Shown here one piece after another: positions 23,901 to 33,267 of a DNA stretch of 64,000 nucleotides. The stretch spans positions 393,126-457,125 of the forward strand of contig NMRA01000258.1 of NCBI GenBank assembly GCA_002633005.1, in the 5' to 3' direction. The notes beneath the pieces were generated by a model. It made no database searches. It was given only the letters and a program-made list of their open reading frames with translations, and was not told where the DNA came from. Each line of letters opens with the position of its first letter. Position 1 is the stretch's first letter. The DNA comes from Phoronis australis (taxonomy: Eukaryota > Animalia > Phoronida). Position numbers and translations under genes: made by a program.

Positions 23901-26900
23901 GTTGTGCCGCAGATCCAGGACTTTGAGGTGTTTCAGGTTGACCAATGTGTCTGGGAGCTTAGTGATAGCATTCTCACTTAGGCCCAACATCTTCAAATTC
24001 TCCAGATATCCGATCTCACTGGGCAGAGTGGCCAGTCTGTTTCCATAGAGATAGAATTCTTCTAGTTGGATCAACTATAATAACACAGAATATATTACTC
24101 AAGAGATCCCAATATATTCTATTTGAACAACACTGATGGGGGTTAAGAAAGGGTTAACAGAAACAGTGTTATGACTGGAAGCAAACGCTGTAAAAGGAAT
24201 ATGAACTACCAAGCCTTAGAAAGAGTAGCTTTACACTGCGCGTCACAGTACACGAGTCGAGGAGGAAGACCCACGTCACATTGAATGAAGGATAACTGTG
24301 TATTGACGCAACTGGCCCAATTTATGTTTCTATCAATCCGTACGTCCCATGTCATTATGTTGTAAACCAGGGCTTGGAATGACCAATGACAAAAAACGCA
24401 GAAACTTTTACGGCCCAAAACATGCGCATTACCCAGCCTTGAAATAGTCGATGTGAACCTTTCGCCGACAAAAATCGGGAGGACTAAAAAAAAAAATTAA
24501 CCACCATCAGTAGCATGCATCTGCGTCTTTTTACTTCGTCCGTCCACTGTCCACTCCCACCCCCACACATTTTTGGCAGCTGAGCCGTAGTATTTGTTAC
24601 CGCCGTTTACAAATCATATGAGACGCCATTGAAAATCCCACCACGCTATCCCAGATGCCCCAGCAATGTTGACATTTTACGTTCCTCCGAAACATAAAGA
24701 GCAACTTCCGCTTTTCGAAGTGAACGTCATCGGCAACGCCGCGGTAAGAAAGGAATTTGCCGCGGAAATTTTATATCAAATCCGACTTTTTGTACGCGGA
24801 AATATAATAAAATGCGCGGACAGAACATTTGAAAAAAGCGGAAATCCACGTTTCTGCGGAAAATTCCAAGCCCTGCTAAACGCACGTGGCGTGTTCCATC
24901 CTCAATCTCAATAGTAACTGTTGAGTGTAGGCACGGTTACATGTGACCTGATTGAACACACTGACAACTGTAAAGTACAGGCATGGTTACATGTGACCTG
25001 AGTGAACATATCGGCAACTAACACACACATTCATATACAAATAAGTATAAACAGTGTTTTGTGAATCGACACACTCTCACATTCACATTGCACACTGTCA
25101 CATATCAGCAATGTTACCAACAAATTCTATTTATACTCTTTTCACCATTTAGTTCTTTTTAGTTCATCAATTAGGCACAGTACGTGTAAACAGTGATGAG
25201 CAAGTCAATTCTTACCTCTTTCACAGAAGGTGGAAGTGTGGTGATCTGTGATTTACTCAAGTCGAGTCGCTTTTCATTGTCTTCCCTACACTTATTAAAC
25301 TCTTTGACCACGTCCTACAGTTCAGAATAAATAACTCTTACCGTAACTGTTGCATTAAACAAAGATGGCAGGATTCATGAAATAAAATGTTCCTAAATAT
25401 ATTTGGCTCAACATAAGGGCTGTTCCAGTAAAATCCCTGTGGGAGGGGGGGGACGGCAGTAGAAATAAAAATTCATGGGTGATGGTCTTCAGAAAAAAAC
25501 TCAAATTATGGGTGGTCGTTCCTGTAAGAAGTGATGCATTAAAAATGGGTGGTATTTTTTGACCTGTTAATGTCGATAGGTTGGTTACTTCAGCCGTTAA
25601 AACTCAAAAAAATGCAATTGTCCTAACTTATCCAAATACAAAAAAGCCCATATTGCCAGTGAACAGAGTGCAATATGTTCACTAAGCCATTAATCAAGTC
25701 ATGGGCAACTTGATTTGAGCCAACTGTTTGTCTGCAGTCCTATTGAATTGAAAAGTTATGCAACACTGAACTGGTGTTAACACATATAAGAAAATTGATG
25801 ATTTTTAAATAAAAAGTATGAGGAGTAAGATAAACAAGTTCCAATATTCACTTGACATAGAAGTATAGAAGAGTTCGTGGAGACAGTTAGAGATTCATAG
25901 ATCCTTATAAATGAAAAAAATGTTCATTGAAATTATAGACACATGGTGAACAGAGACACCTGGTGGCTGCCAAAAGTATTGCTCACAGGCTACTTTAGTT
26001 TTTGACAATATTGGACAAGACAACTAGTTCTTGTCTGTCAGTCATCTAAGTTCTTAACAGGTCCTCCTGGAGGCAATTTGTTTGGATTGTGTTGGATTTT
26101 ATATTTTAACCTATTAAAAATAATTAAAAAATTATGGGTCATGGGTTGGAGAAATAAATGAAAAATACGGGCGGTGGGTACGAAATAAAAGTGCCTTCCC
26201 CCCCCTCCCATACAGATTTTGCTGGAACAGCCCTAAGCAAGCAAATGCTCGAAAACATGAGAAGAAAAAGCAACATACGAGTGGAAAATTAGCCTCACTT
26301 GTCCGGGCACCAAGCGGATGTCTGGTGTGTTTCTGTTGGTTGTCCCTGTTCCCATCATCTCCGACCTAAATAGCGACTGTAGACCTTGGTGATCATGCCC
26401 AGTGTTCTCCACATTTTAAATAATCATGTGTTCTCTTAATAATTGCCAATATTCCCTTTTTACTATTTTAGACATGGTAAACAATCAAATTAATCGGCAA
26501 TAAAGTCCTGGCTGCTTAAATTTGGAGCCTGGAAATCGATGTGTGGGCGGGCGCCTGATCGTACATAGGCACTAACTGCTGAGCCAGAGAATCGCCCTAG
26601 TCACCTGTAACCTTTGAAATCGAAGTAGACAGACCCAGAGTTCAAAGAATTTGCCGTAACCTTAAGGCTAATTTCCAATGTGAAAACTACATCTTCAGCA
26701 CTCTCTAACCAACACGCATACTGGAGTACCTAAGTACGCTAATTGAAATCGCAGAAAACACACATTGAAAATTCTAGACTTGACCTGCCACATAGATGTC
26801 ATCAAAGTCGTTGAAGATGCACACTACATAGATGAGTGTAAAGATTTCAAAATTGCATTAGTCGAACGAGCGCTGCGCAGAGTGCTGTTTTTTTTTGTTC

Positions 26901-29900
26901 ACAGCTTTTTCTGAGACCAAATCTGAGAATACTCGCATTTTCGAGCAAAGATTTTCGCCGGCATCGAGCGCTGCAGTGTTCATGAAGACCACTTTAATTC
27001 CTATTTTTAAGTTTATTGCTATAACCTAAGAGAAAAAGAAATAAAAAACAACAGTAAATTCTGGACAGGGGTGTTCATGTTACGAAATGTAGAAATGTTC
27101 AGTATTCTTCATAAAAAAATTAAAAAGATCAGATTCTATTTTTTCTTTTAGGGCTGTTCCAGTAAAATCCGTGTGGGAGGGGGGGGACGGCAATAGAAAT
27201 AAAAATTCATGGGTGGTGGTCTTCAGAAAAAAACTCAAATTATGGGTGGTTGTTCCTGTTAGCAGTGATGCATTTAAAATGGGTGGTATTTTTTGACCTG
27301 TTAATGTTGACAGGTTGGTTACTTCAGCCATCAAACCTCCTAACTTATCCCAATACAAAAAAGCCCATATTGCCAGTGAACAGAGTGCAATATGTTCACT
27401 AAGCCATTAATCAAGTCATGGGCAACTTGATTTAAGCCAACTGTTGGTCTGCAGTCCTATTGAATTGAAAAGTTATGCAACACTAAACTGGTGTTAACAC
27501 ATATAAGAAAATTGATGATTTTTAAATAAAAAGTATGAGTTGTAAGATAAACAAGTTCCAATATTCACTTGACATAGAAGTATAAAAGAGTTTGTGGAGA
27601 CAGTTTGAGATTCATAGATCCTTATAATTGAAAAAATGTTCATTGAAATTATAGACACATGGTGAACAGAGACACCTGGTGGCTGCCAAAAGTATTGCTC
27701 ACAGGCTACTTTAGTTTTTGACAATATTGGACAAGACAACTAGTTCTTGTCTGTCAATCATTTAAGTTCTTAACAGGTCCTCCTGGAGGCAATTTGTTTG
27801 CAAGTGTTGGATTTGATATTTTAACCTATTAAAAATAATTAAAAAATTATGGGTCATGGGTTGGAGAAATAAATGAAAAATATGGGCGGTGGGTACGAAA
27901 TAAAAGTGCCTTCCCCCCCCTCCCATACAGATTTTGCTGGAACAGCCCTTATTATTTATATCTGATTCATCACTAAATTGATGAACACAAAAACTGTTTG
28001 CCAACTCCATAATGTTGCCAGTGGTGTTGAACCTACCAGGTCAGCTTTATGTGGTCTCCTGCCCGAACCTGTGGGTTTGGGTTTGGGGTGGCCTGGTTGA
28101 GACACCATGACTTGCCTGGGCCTGTTGTCCACTTGAACTGAGGCTGCAATATCCCTCCTTTCCTGTCAAAAGACATCACATTGTGAGAATTAGCTTCACA
28201 ACAAAACTCACCAAAGTCGGATGGACAAAACTCAAATTTTTGCTCATTTCAGTTCTGTGGAAGGGTTGTTATTGTTTGCGCAATCCACCCTTGAGATAAG
28301 GTGGATTTTGCCTCAATCCAATGAAACCGCATCGTGTAGTACTCACTTCAAGTAACCATCTCTAATAACAATCTAGGAGTCAATGAAGATAATTTCTGGT
28401 AAAAGGGATGTACTGAGGAGATGACTATTACGAGACTGATTTTATGAGCTTAAGGATATCTCAAACCATATTTAGTGGCCTTAAATCTATCTCGTATATC
28501 AAAAAACCCAGCTTTTTGAACTGGTAAAAGTCAATATTTTCTGAAAGAAAAAAGAACAGAGATTATAAAAATATGTTTACATTTAAGTACGATTATTATG
28601 TTAATACTTTTTTTAAGTCCAAATTTCACATTTAAGGAAGGTATATTCATAGCATACATGCCAATTTCCACAATCATCCTTAAGTGGTTTGGTTAACAGA
28701 GGGACAGATGCCAAAAAACAAATTCAAAAACAATAAAAATGGCCACTAGGTGGTGCAAAATGACTCAAATTCAACTGAAAACTGGAGGATAGCGTCACCT
28801 CACAAATACATGCCTACCTGCCAAATTTTATGTAAATCTGTTGAGAATCTTAAAGATACAGAGGTAAACGTAAAACACTAAAATCGCCACTAGGGGGCAC
28901 ACCAGTAGTCCAATCCATCCAAAAGTCGTCGTACTTTGATGTCAACTTAATATAAATACACCAGCAAAATTCAATGAAGATCCTGTGGAGCGTTTAGGAG
29001 ATACAGCCATGGGCGCAAAAACATAAAACTACCACTAGGAGGCACCACATAGTCAAAGTCGTCGGAAAATCATCAGCTGCCCTCTTCGCAGTAAGAAATC
29101 CCTAGAGCGATTTGGTTGATAGAAAGGCGGACGCCAAAAAACAAGACTCGGAAACAGTACAAATGGCCACTAGGTGGCAGAAAGTACCTCGAATCCATCT
29201 GCAAACGGGAGGACAGCATCATTTCAGTAATAGGTGCCTAACTGCCAAATTACATGAAAACCCATTGAGGACCTCCGAAGATACAGAGGTAAACATAAAA
29301 AACTAAAATTGCCACTATGGGGCACACCAGTAGTCGGAGAGGTCCGAAATTCGTTGTCATCTGTCGTCAGCTTCATAGGAACACATCTGCCAATGTACTA
29401 TTTTTGGAAATGCTGTCAAGTAACACAGCGGCCTGTTTCAATATGCGTCTTGTTTTTTATGGCCTAAGACATCAGCAAAAAATTCTCATGCCCATCTTTC
29501 CTTGATTGAGCGCGTGCATTTATATGAGTCACCTGCCACTTACGTTCATTGGCACCAATGTGTGGGAACTTAAGCAAGCACCACTCCAAAGTCGGACATC
29601 AAAAGAGAACAGTAGCAGTCCTAAGTAACAGTATATTGCCTTTAATCTGTATGTTTAAGCAGCCCACATGTTTATTTAATAATGAACTTGGATCTCCTGC
29701 GTACACTTCCACCCACTGTCACCAATTTTCACCCCCGGGTGATCAGTCTGTCACATCGTAAATATTTCAGACTTGAATGGGAAGAATTTTGATCTGGCTT
29801 AAGCTGGCCAATGTAGAAACACAATTATTCCAGGTGGCTAAAAAGGTAAGAGGAAACGATATCCAGTCATGCCTAGGTGGGATGGGGGTGTCCCATGAAA

Positions 29901-32900
29901 TCGTATTATAAAGAACCGCCAGCGACATTGGTGAAATCTGTTAACGCAAGTTTGACCGAGATGCAATAAGCGAATAACAAAATTTGACTTTTATTTTTTA
30001 TAACTTCAAGATGATACACCAACATCCAGTAACATAGTGCTAACCTTTGAATTCTGCAATCAGAGACAGTGAGGCTGTCCCTTTGGTCACCACACACACT
30101 CAATAACCCGACAATTTTATTCATCAAAGTAGGGAGAATTTGTCACCTTTGCAGGAGTTAAGGGAATTCTTCAAAATCCGAGACCTCATCTAACGCATAT
30201 TGGGAGTGTTGGCAAAACCACATTTCTCTAGCCTGATTTTCTGAATTTATATTTTATCTAGTGCACTGCAGTTGCAAACTCAGTGCGGCACACAGCGCCG
30301 CTGAAACCAGAGGTATTGAGGCCAGCGGGGTTCTTAAAGTTTGCGAACATGGAAAGAAAATAGTGATAAAGCGTTCACGTATAATGCTTTGAAGTAAATC
30401 CATGACGCGGGACAATAATTTGTTAATTGTTGTTTTATAATTCGCATTGCCAAACCACCGTCTCGGAAGGTGTCATTTCACTCGTTGTTATCATCGATTT
30501 TCCTTTCTTTAGCATGGGGTGCTTCATCATCAATCTTCAATACTCGGGATGGGCACTTAACCGAGAGGTGGGCGCTTAATTGGAAATCTTCAAACATTAC
30601 AGAGGGGTGCTTAACTGAGCAATGGGCAAATCCACCTAAAGTTAGGGATGAGTTGTTATGTGAACATGAGCGTTATCCCGAACGTTTACATTATCACTTC
30701 ATTTTCATTTCACGTAACTTTCAAATTTTTCACGAGTATCATACAAACTCTATTTCTGATAGGTCCTAATGCAAAAATGGAACATCTTAAAAACAATTTC
30801 TAACAGCGTTATGGAGTACAGTGCTTAAAGCATGGTATCCAAAAGTTTCATACAACGATGCGATGTTCTTAAGTCATGGCCAAATTTAGCCAGTTCTCTG
30901 GCACACTGCATAACTTCAATCACACATGAAAAGTGGCCCAATTTCAGTTCACTTCAGAGTCTGCTCTGGTGGAACAAACACCAGACAATGGTAGATTAAT
31001 GAGAGTGGAAAACACTAACAATAGGACCATGATGTAGTCTTATAGAGCTTACAATAGTCACAACAAGGAAGCACTCTCCTCATAAGCAGCCTTGGGACTT
31101 GTTTCACCAGGAGTGACTAAGATTTAAGATAGGAATTTGGTCTTACCCCCTACATAGCTATTTTCGAAAAATAAAGGTCACATGAGCAAAATACACATAA
31201 CTGTCAGTTACTAAGCTAATTTCTGTGAAGTATTTCTAGACGGTGAAGTGCTCATAATTACTTGTTTAAACCTTTATTTAGCAATTGCGACGTTGGAGTG
31301 AATGACCATATTTCTGTCTTTAGTCTTAAGTAATTTTCACAAAACACACCTCTGGGCTAGAAACAACACAACAGGCCAACCTGAGAGGAGTGCTCAAGCT
31401 GAACTATAAAGGGAACCATGTACTCCATTGATGAGACAAACGGAGGAGCAATAACACCACAAAACGCGCTAAAATGACGCTCTGGTCGATATAATTGGAT
31501 GATGAAACTGCTGAACATGATGAGCACAGCCAATTTTCAGTTTCATTGAATGCTAATTAAAAACTTCCAAGCGAAATTTCTTATAAGGTTTTCATCCACC
31601 ATTTAAAATAAAACCAGAGCACTTTCCTTTTTCGTCTATGATTCCTTCAAAGGCACGTAATGGGCATTTACAGCTGAAAATGCTCTTTTGGGATTGCTGT
31701 AGGAGGGGATAGATTTCTTGTAGCTCTTAGCTTTGACCACTTTAAAACAACAAAATATGCTCTGTGTGTTTGTCATTTTGTTACAAACCACCTGCTGGAT
31801 ATACAAAGAAGCAGTCTACAGAGCAGACAATGCCCTTCAAAACAACATATGACAAGTCTCAATCAGCCGAGGAATAGAGCCTGAACAGTCACTTATATTT
31901 TGGTAATTTTCAGGGACATATCGATGAAATATTACTCATAGAAAGCGAATTATTTTCACAATAAATGGACATTTTTTCTATTTCCCACTTGATTTGGATT
32001 ATCTGGCATTATAAAACCCTGAAGATACATTGAAGATATATGAAAAACGAAGAAATCTCAGAATACCAAAAAATGATCGATAGCAGGATTTTGGACTGCC
32101 GTGTCTGTTTTTAATTTTCTTCAAATTGACAAAATAACCAAAATAAGTTTTACCACTTCTCGGCCATGGTCGCATAAACAGGAGATTTCACTAAAAGTGA
32201 CCTCTTAGGAACAAACCTGATAAATCATCATAAAATTAGGCAACATTCGGATATTACTACTTGAGCAAATTTAACTATCACAAACCATGGACAAGGAGAG
32301 ATCTACTTCCTTCTTAACAGTGGCAGTAAGAGTGTATGTTGTACGGTTGTCAAGTACCGATTCACCAACTGGCTAAAATGCTAGCGGGCTCGCTAGCACT
32401 TTCCGCAGCAGCCAGTAAACCGAATACTGTAGTTGAATGTGACGCTTTTACTCTCGCTCTGCGGGTGGTTTTACCAACTGTTGTATTGTCACTAGTTTCA
32501 GGTATTTCATAAAATTACTGTGAGTGACAACAGAACGAAGGCTTTTCAGTAAATTTCGGTTAACTTCAAAAACCGAATGCATTCGTAGCTTCCAGTTCCC
32601 GACAAAATGTTGTGAGAAACTGGGTCACATAAACACTTTTCAACCTGAATTCTGAGAAACAAGAAGTAAATGTTCAAATACAGACTGTCAACATTAGCAC
32701 AAGGAAATAACCTCAATGTCACATGTGTGAATAACTGCCATTCATGAAAGTGGACAAAAAGACTGTGCACCCGAACTAGCTGAGCACAGGGCATTCAGTC
32801 ACATGTGATTCATATTCTTTTACAAATTATTTTGTATGAGTATTGGACAGAAGAGATGAAACCTAAGATCTGCCAGCACACACAAACAGTAAAATGTGTT

Positions 32901-33267
32901 AAAAACAACAAAATCTGATAAAATGATAAGTATTACCGTACATCACTTCATACTTCAAGTTACCAAATGTACAAAAAAGGCATACCCTGGGTCTTTGTAG
33001 CGCCAGTTCGTCCATGTCAGAAAGTAGGTCACCTACGGCTGGCGACGTACTCCTACTACTCGTGGCGCCCTCTACATCCGGCGAGCCCGGAGAGCTGTGG
33101 CCAGTACCTCCACCACTGCCACCGGTCTGTCCAGCAGCAGAGGACCCATGCTGGCTCATACTGCCAAGTCCCACAAAGGGGACCGTGTAATTGTCGCCTT
33201 GGTAATTAGCTAGGCGTTCGGCTGTGCCAGGGTTCGTTTCACCTTTAGTCTTGGTAGCCCTGCGCAT
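5928..33267 (-). CDS. SHOC2: Leucine-rich repeat protein SHOC2 (soc-2/Sur-8) orthologue, whole coding span, ~629 aa predicted including one exon lost to a gap
   Basis: 14 exons splice in frame with GT-AG ends. Translation reproduces hallmark SHOC2 blocks: [91 protein letters not shown] and C-terminal [11 protein letters not shown]. Confidence 0.95.
6049..7536 (-). mobile_element. Helentron-associated (DINE-1-like) element copy A, runs into the gap; internal ~145-bp subunits
   Basis: Same terminus (aacaagagcaacgcgga..gaaatgcgcccacgaatgcat) and same subunits (ccactagRWggc) as the complete copy at 14737-16321. Confidence 0.75.
7537..8154. other. Assembly gap (N run), probably hiding the penultimate SHOC2 exon
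   Basis: 618 Ns flanked by a dispersed repeat and a minisatellite. Confidence 0.95.
8155..8280. repeat. 24-bp minisatellite (gatcttacccaatgtagaaccctt), ~5 copies, abutting the gap
   Basis: Perfect tandem copies. Confidence 0.95.
9283..9350 (-). CDS. SHOC2: SHOC2 exon 13 ([22 protein letters not shown])
   Basis: ttccag acceptor, gtaagt donor, 68 nt, phase 2 in and 1 out; LRR matching human [23 protein letters not shown]. Confidence 0.92.
10132..10201 (-). CDS. SHOC2: SHOC2 exon 12 ([24 protein letters not shown])
   Basis: ctgcag acceptor, gtgagt donor, 70 nt, phases fit neighbouring exons. Confidence 0.9.
11392..11959 (-). mobile_element. PIF/Harbinger-type MITE (GGGCTGTTCCAG TIR), variant interior
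   Basis: TIR gggctgttccag[t/c]aaaatc at both ends and TTA target duplication (11389-11391, 11960-11962). Ends are shared with the three other copies but in opposite orientation. Confidence 0.85.
11964..12176 (-). CDS. SHOC2: SHOC2 exon 11 ([13 protein letters not shown]...[13 protein letters not shown])
   Basis: tttgtag acceptor, gtaagg donor, 213 nt; close match to human SHOC2 LRRs. Confidence 0.96.
12591..12917. repeat. 33-bp minisatellite (agagcaatatttacctagtggtagagatgtgac), ~10 copies, overlapping the 3' end of SHOC2 exon 10
   Basis: Tandem units with a 33-nt period; the unit next to the exon is 32 nt. Confidence 0.95.
12901..13015 (-). CDS. SHOC2: SHOC2 exon 10 ([38 protein letters not shown])
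   Basis: ttttag acceptor, gtaaat donor, 115 nt; matches human [38 protein letters not shown]. Confidence 0.95.
14360..14464 (-). CDS. SHOC2: SHOC2 exon 9 ([35 protein letters not shown])
   Basis: ccacag acceptor, gtgagt donor, 105 nt; YPxGGPxQF motif. Confidence 0.95.
14737..16321 (-). mobile_element. Complete Helentron-associated (HINE/DINE-1-like) non-autonomous element, copy B, with a higher-order internal tandem repeat
   Basis: Read on the minus strand: T-rich start, 5' subterminal IR with an adjacent palindrome (tatgcgtccacat..atgtcgtcgcata), a GTCY-type microsatellite (ctgtctgtccgggtgtcc), ~10 subunits of ~140-150 bp, a 3' subterminal IR (gtgggcgcat), a short stem-loop (caac..gttg) and a ctcttgtt end. 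This is the layout of DINE-1/HINE elements. Confidence 0.75.
16840..16933 (-). CDS. SHOC2: SHOC2 exon 8 ([31 protein letters not shown])
   Basis: gtttcag acceptor, gtaagt donor, 94 nt, phase 2 in and 0 out. Confidence 0.93.
17798..17892. repeat. ~17-18-bp tandem repeat (aaaacaacatttggtaaa), ~5 copies
   Basis: Visible tandem copies. Confidence 0.85.
17990..18098 (-). CDS. SHOC2: SHOC2 exon 7 ([37 protein letters not shown])
   Basis: attcag acceptor, gtaagt donor, 109 nt; [13 protein letters not shown] as in human. Confidence 0.95.
19056..19997 (+). mobile_element. Nested insertion with a TAGGG start and gacggc subterminal repeats (hAT-like); other end in the gap
   Basis: Similarity to the host MITE stops at catagat. 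The new sequence begins tagggatttatctag with clustered gacggc motifs; its interior 19455-19700 resembles 26610-26840. Confidence 0.55.
19998..20785. other. Assembly gap (N run)
   Basis: Ns. No SHOC2 exon is needed here because exons 6 and 7 join in frame. Confidence 0.95.
21202..21322 (-). CDS. SHOC2: SHOC2 exon 6 ([40 protein letters not shown])
   Basis: atttcag acceptor, gttagt donor, 121 nt. Confidence 0.94.
21509..21604 (-). CDS. SHOC2: SHOC2 exon 5 ([32 protein letters not shown])
   Basis: ttttcag acceptor, gtaagt donor, 96 nt. Confidence 0.95.
22640..23717. repeat. 29-bp minisatellite (taaatatcccgtcacatagtgagccacac), ~37 copies
   Basis: Head-to-tail copies with no spacers. Confidence 0.97.
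23889..24074 (-). CDS. SHOC2: SHOC2 exon 4 ([14 protein letters not shown]...[13 protein letters not shown])
   Basis: ttatag acceptor, gtcagt donor, 186 nt. Confidence 0.95.
24368..24875 (-). mobile_element. hAT-like MITE with a 13-bp TIR CAGGGCTTGGAAT, copy 1
   Basis: Terminal inverted repeats; a highly similar inverted copy lies at 55759-56259. Confidence 0.85.
25216..25314 (-). CDS. SHOC2: SHOC2 exon 3 ([33 protein letters not shown])
   Basis: ctgtag acceptor, gtaaga donor, 99 nt; matches human [21 protein letters not shown]. Confidence 0.94.
25417..26233 (+). mobile_element. PIF/Harbinger-type MITE, intact copy
   Basis: GGGCTGTTCCAG TIRs with a TAA target duplication. Confidence 0.9.
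26610..26840 (+). repeat. Diverged repeat fragment related to 19455-19700
   Basis: Shared block cccagagttcaaagaatttgccgta and colinear aaaattctag..gacctgcc..gtcgtt. Confidence 0.6.
27151..27948 (+). mobile_element. PIF/Harbinger-type MITE, intact copy with a small internal deletion
   Basis: GGGCTGTTCCAG TIRs, TTA target duplication, near-identical to 25417-26233. Confidence 0.9.
28037..28162 (-). CDS. SHOC2: SHOC2 exon 2 ([42 protein letters not shown])
   Basis: tttgacag acceptor, gtaggt donor, 126 nt, phase 0/0; the KPKPT..KADLDV segment resembles the invertebrate Sur-8 N-terminus. Confidence 0.88.
28650..29392 (-). mobile_element. Partial HINE/DINE-1-like element, copy C
   Basis: Five ~145-bp subunits homologous to copy B (ccacta motifs at ~28743, 28887, 29032, 29167, 29312). 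Confidence 0.75.
32986..33267 (-). CDS. SHOC2: SHOC2 first coding exon (Gly/Ser-rich N-terminal extension, MRRATKTK...ELALQRPR)
   Basis: GC-rich open frame, accATG Kozak-like start, gtatgc donor, phase 0 joining exon 2. No close homology is visible, so the start is inferred. Confidence 0.75.
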
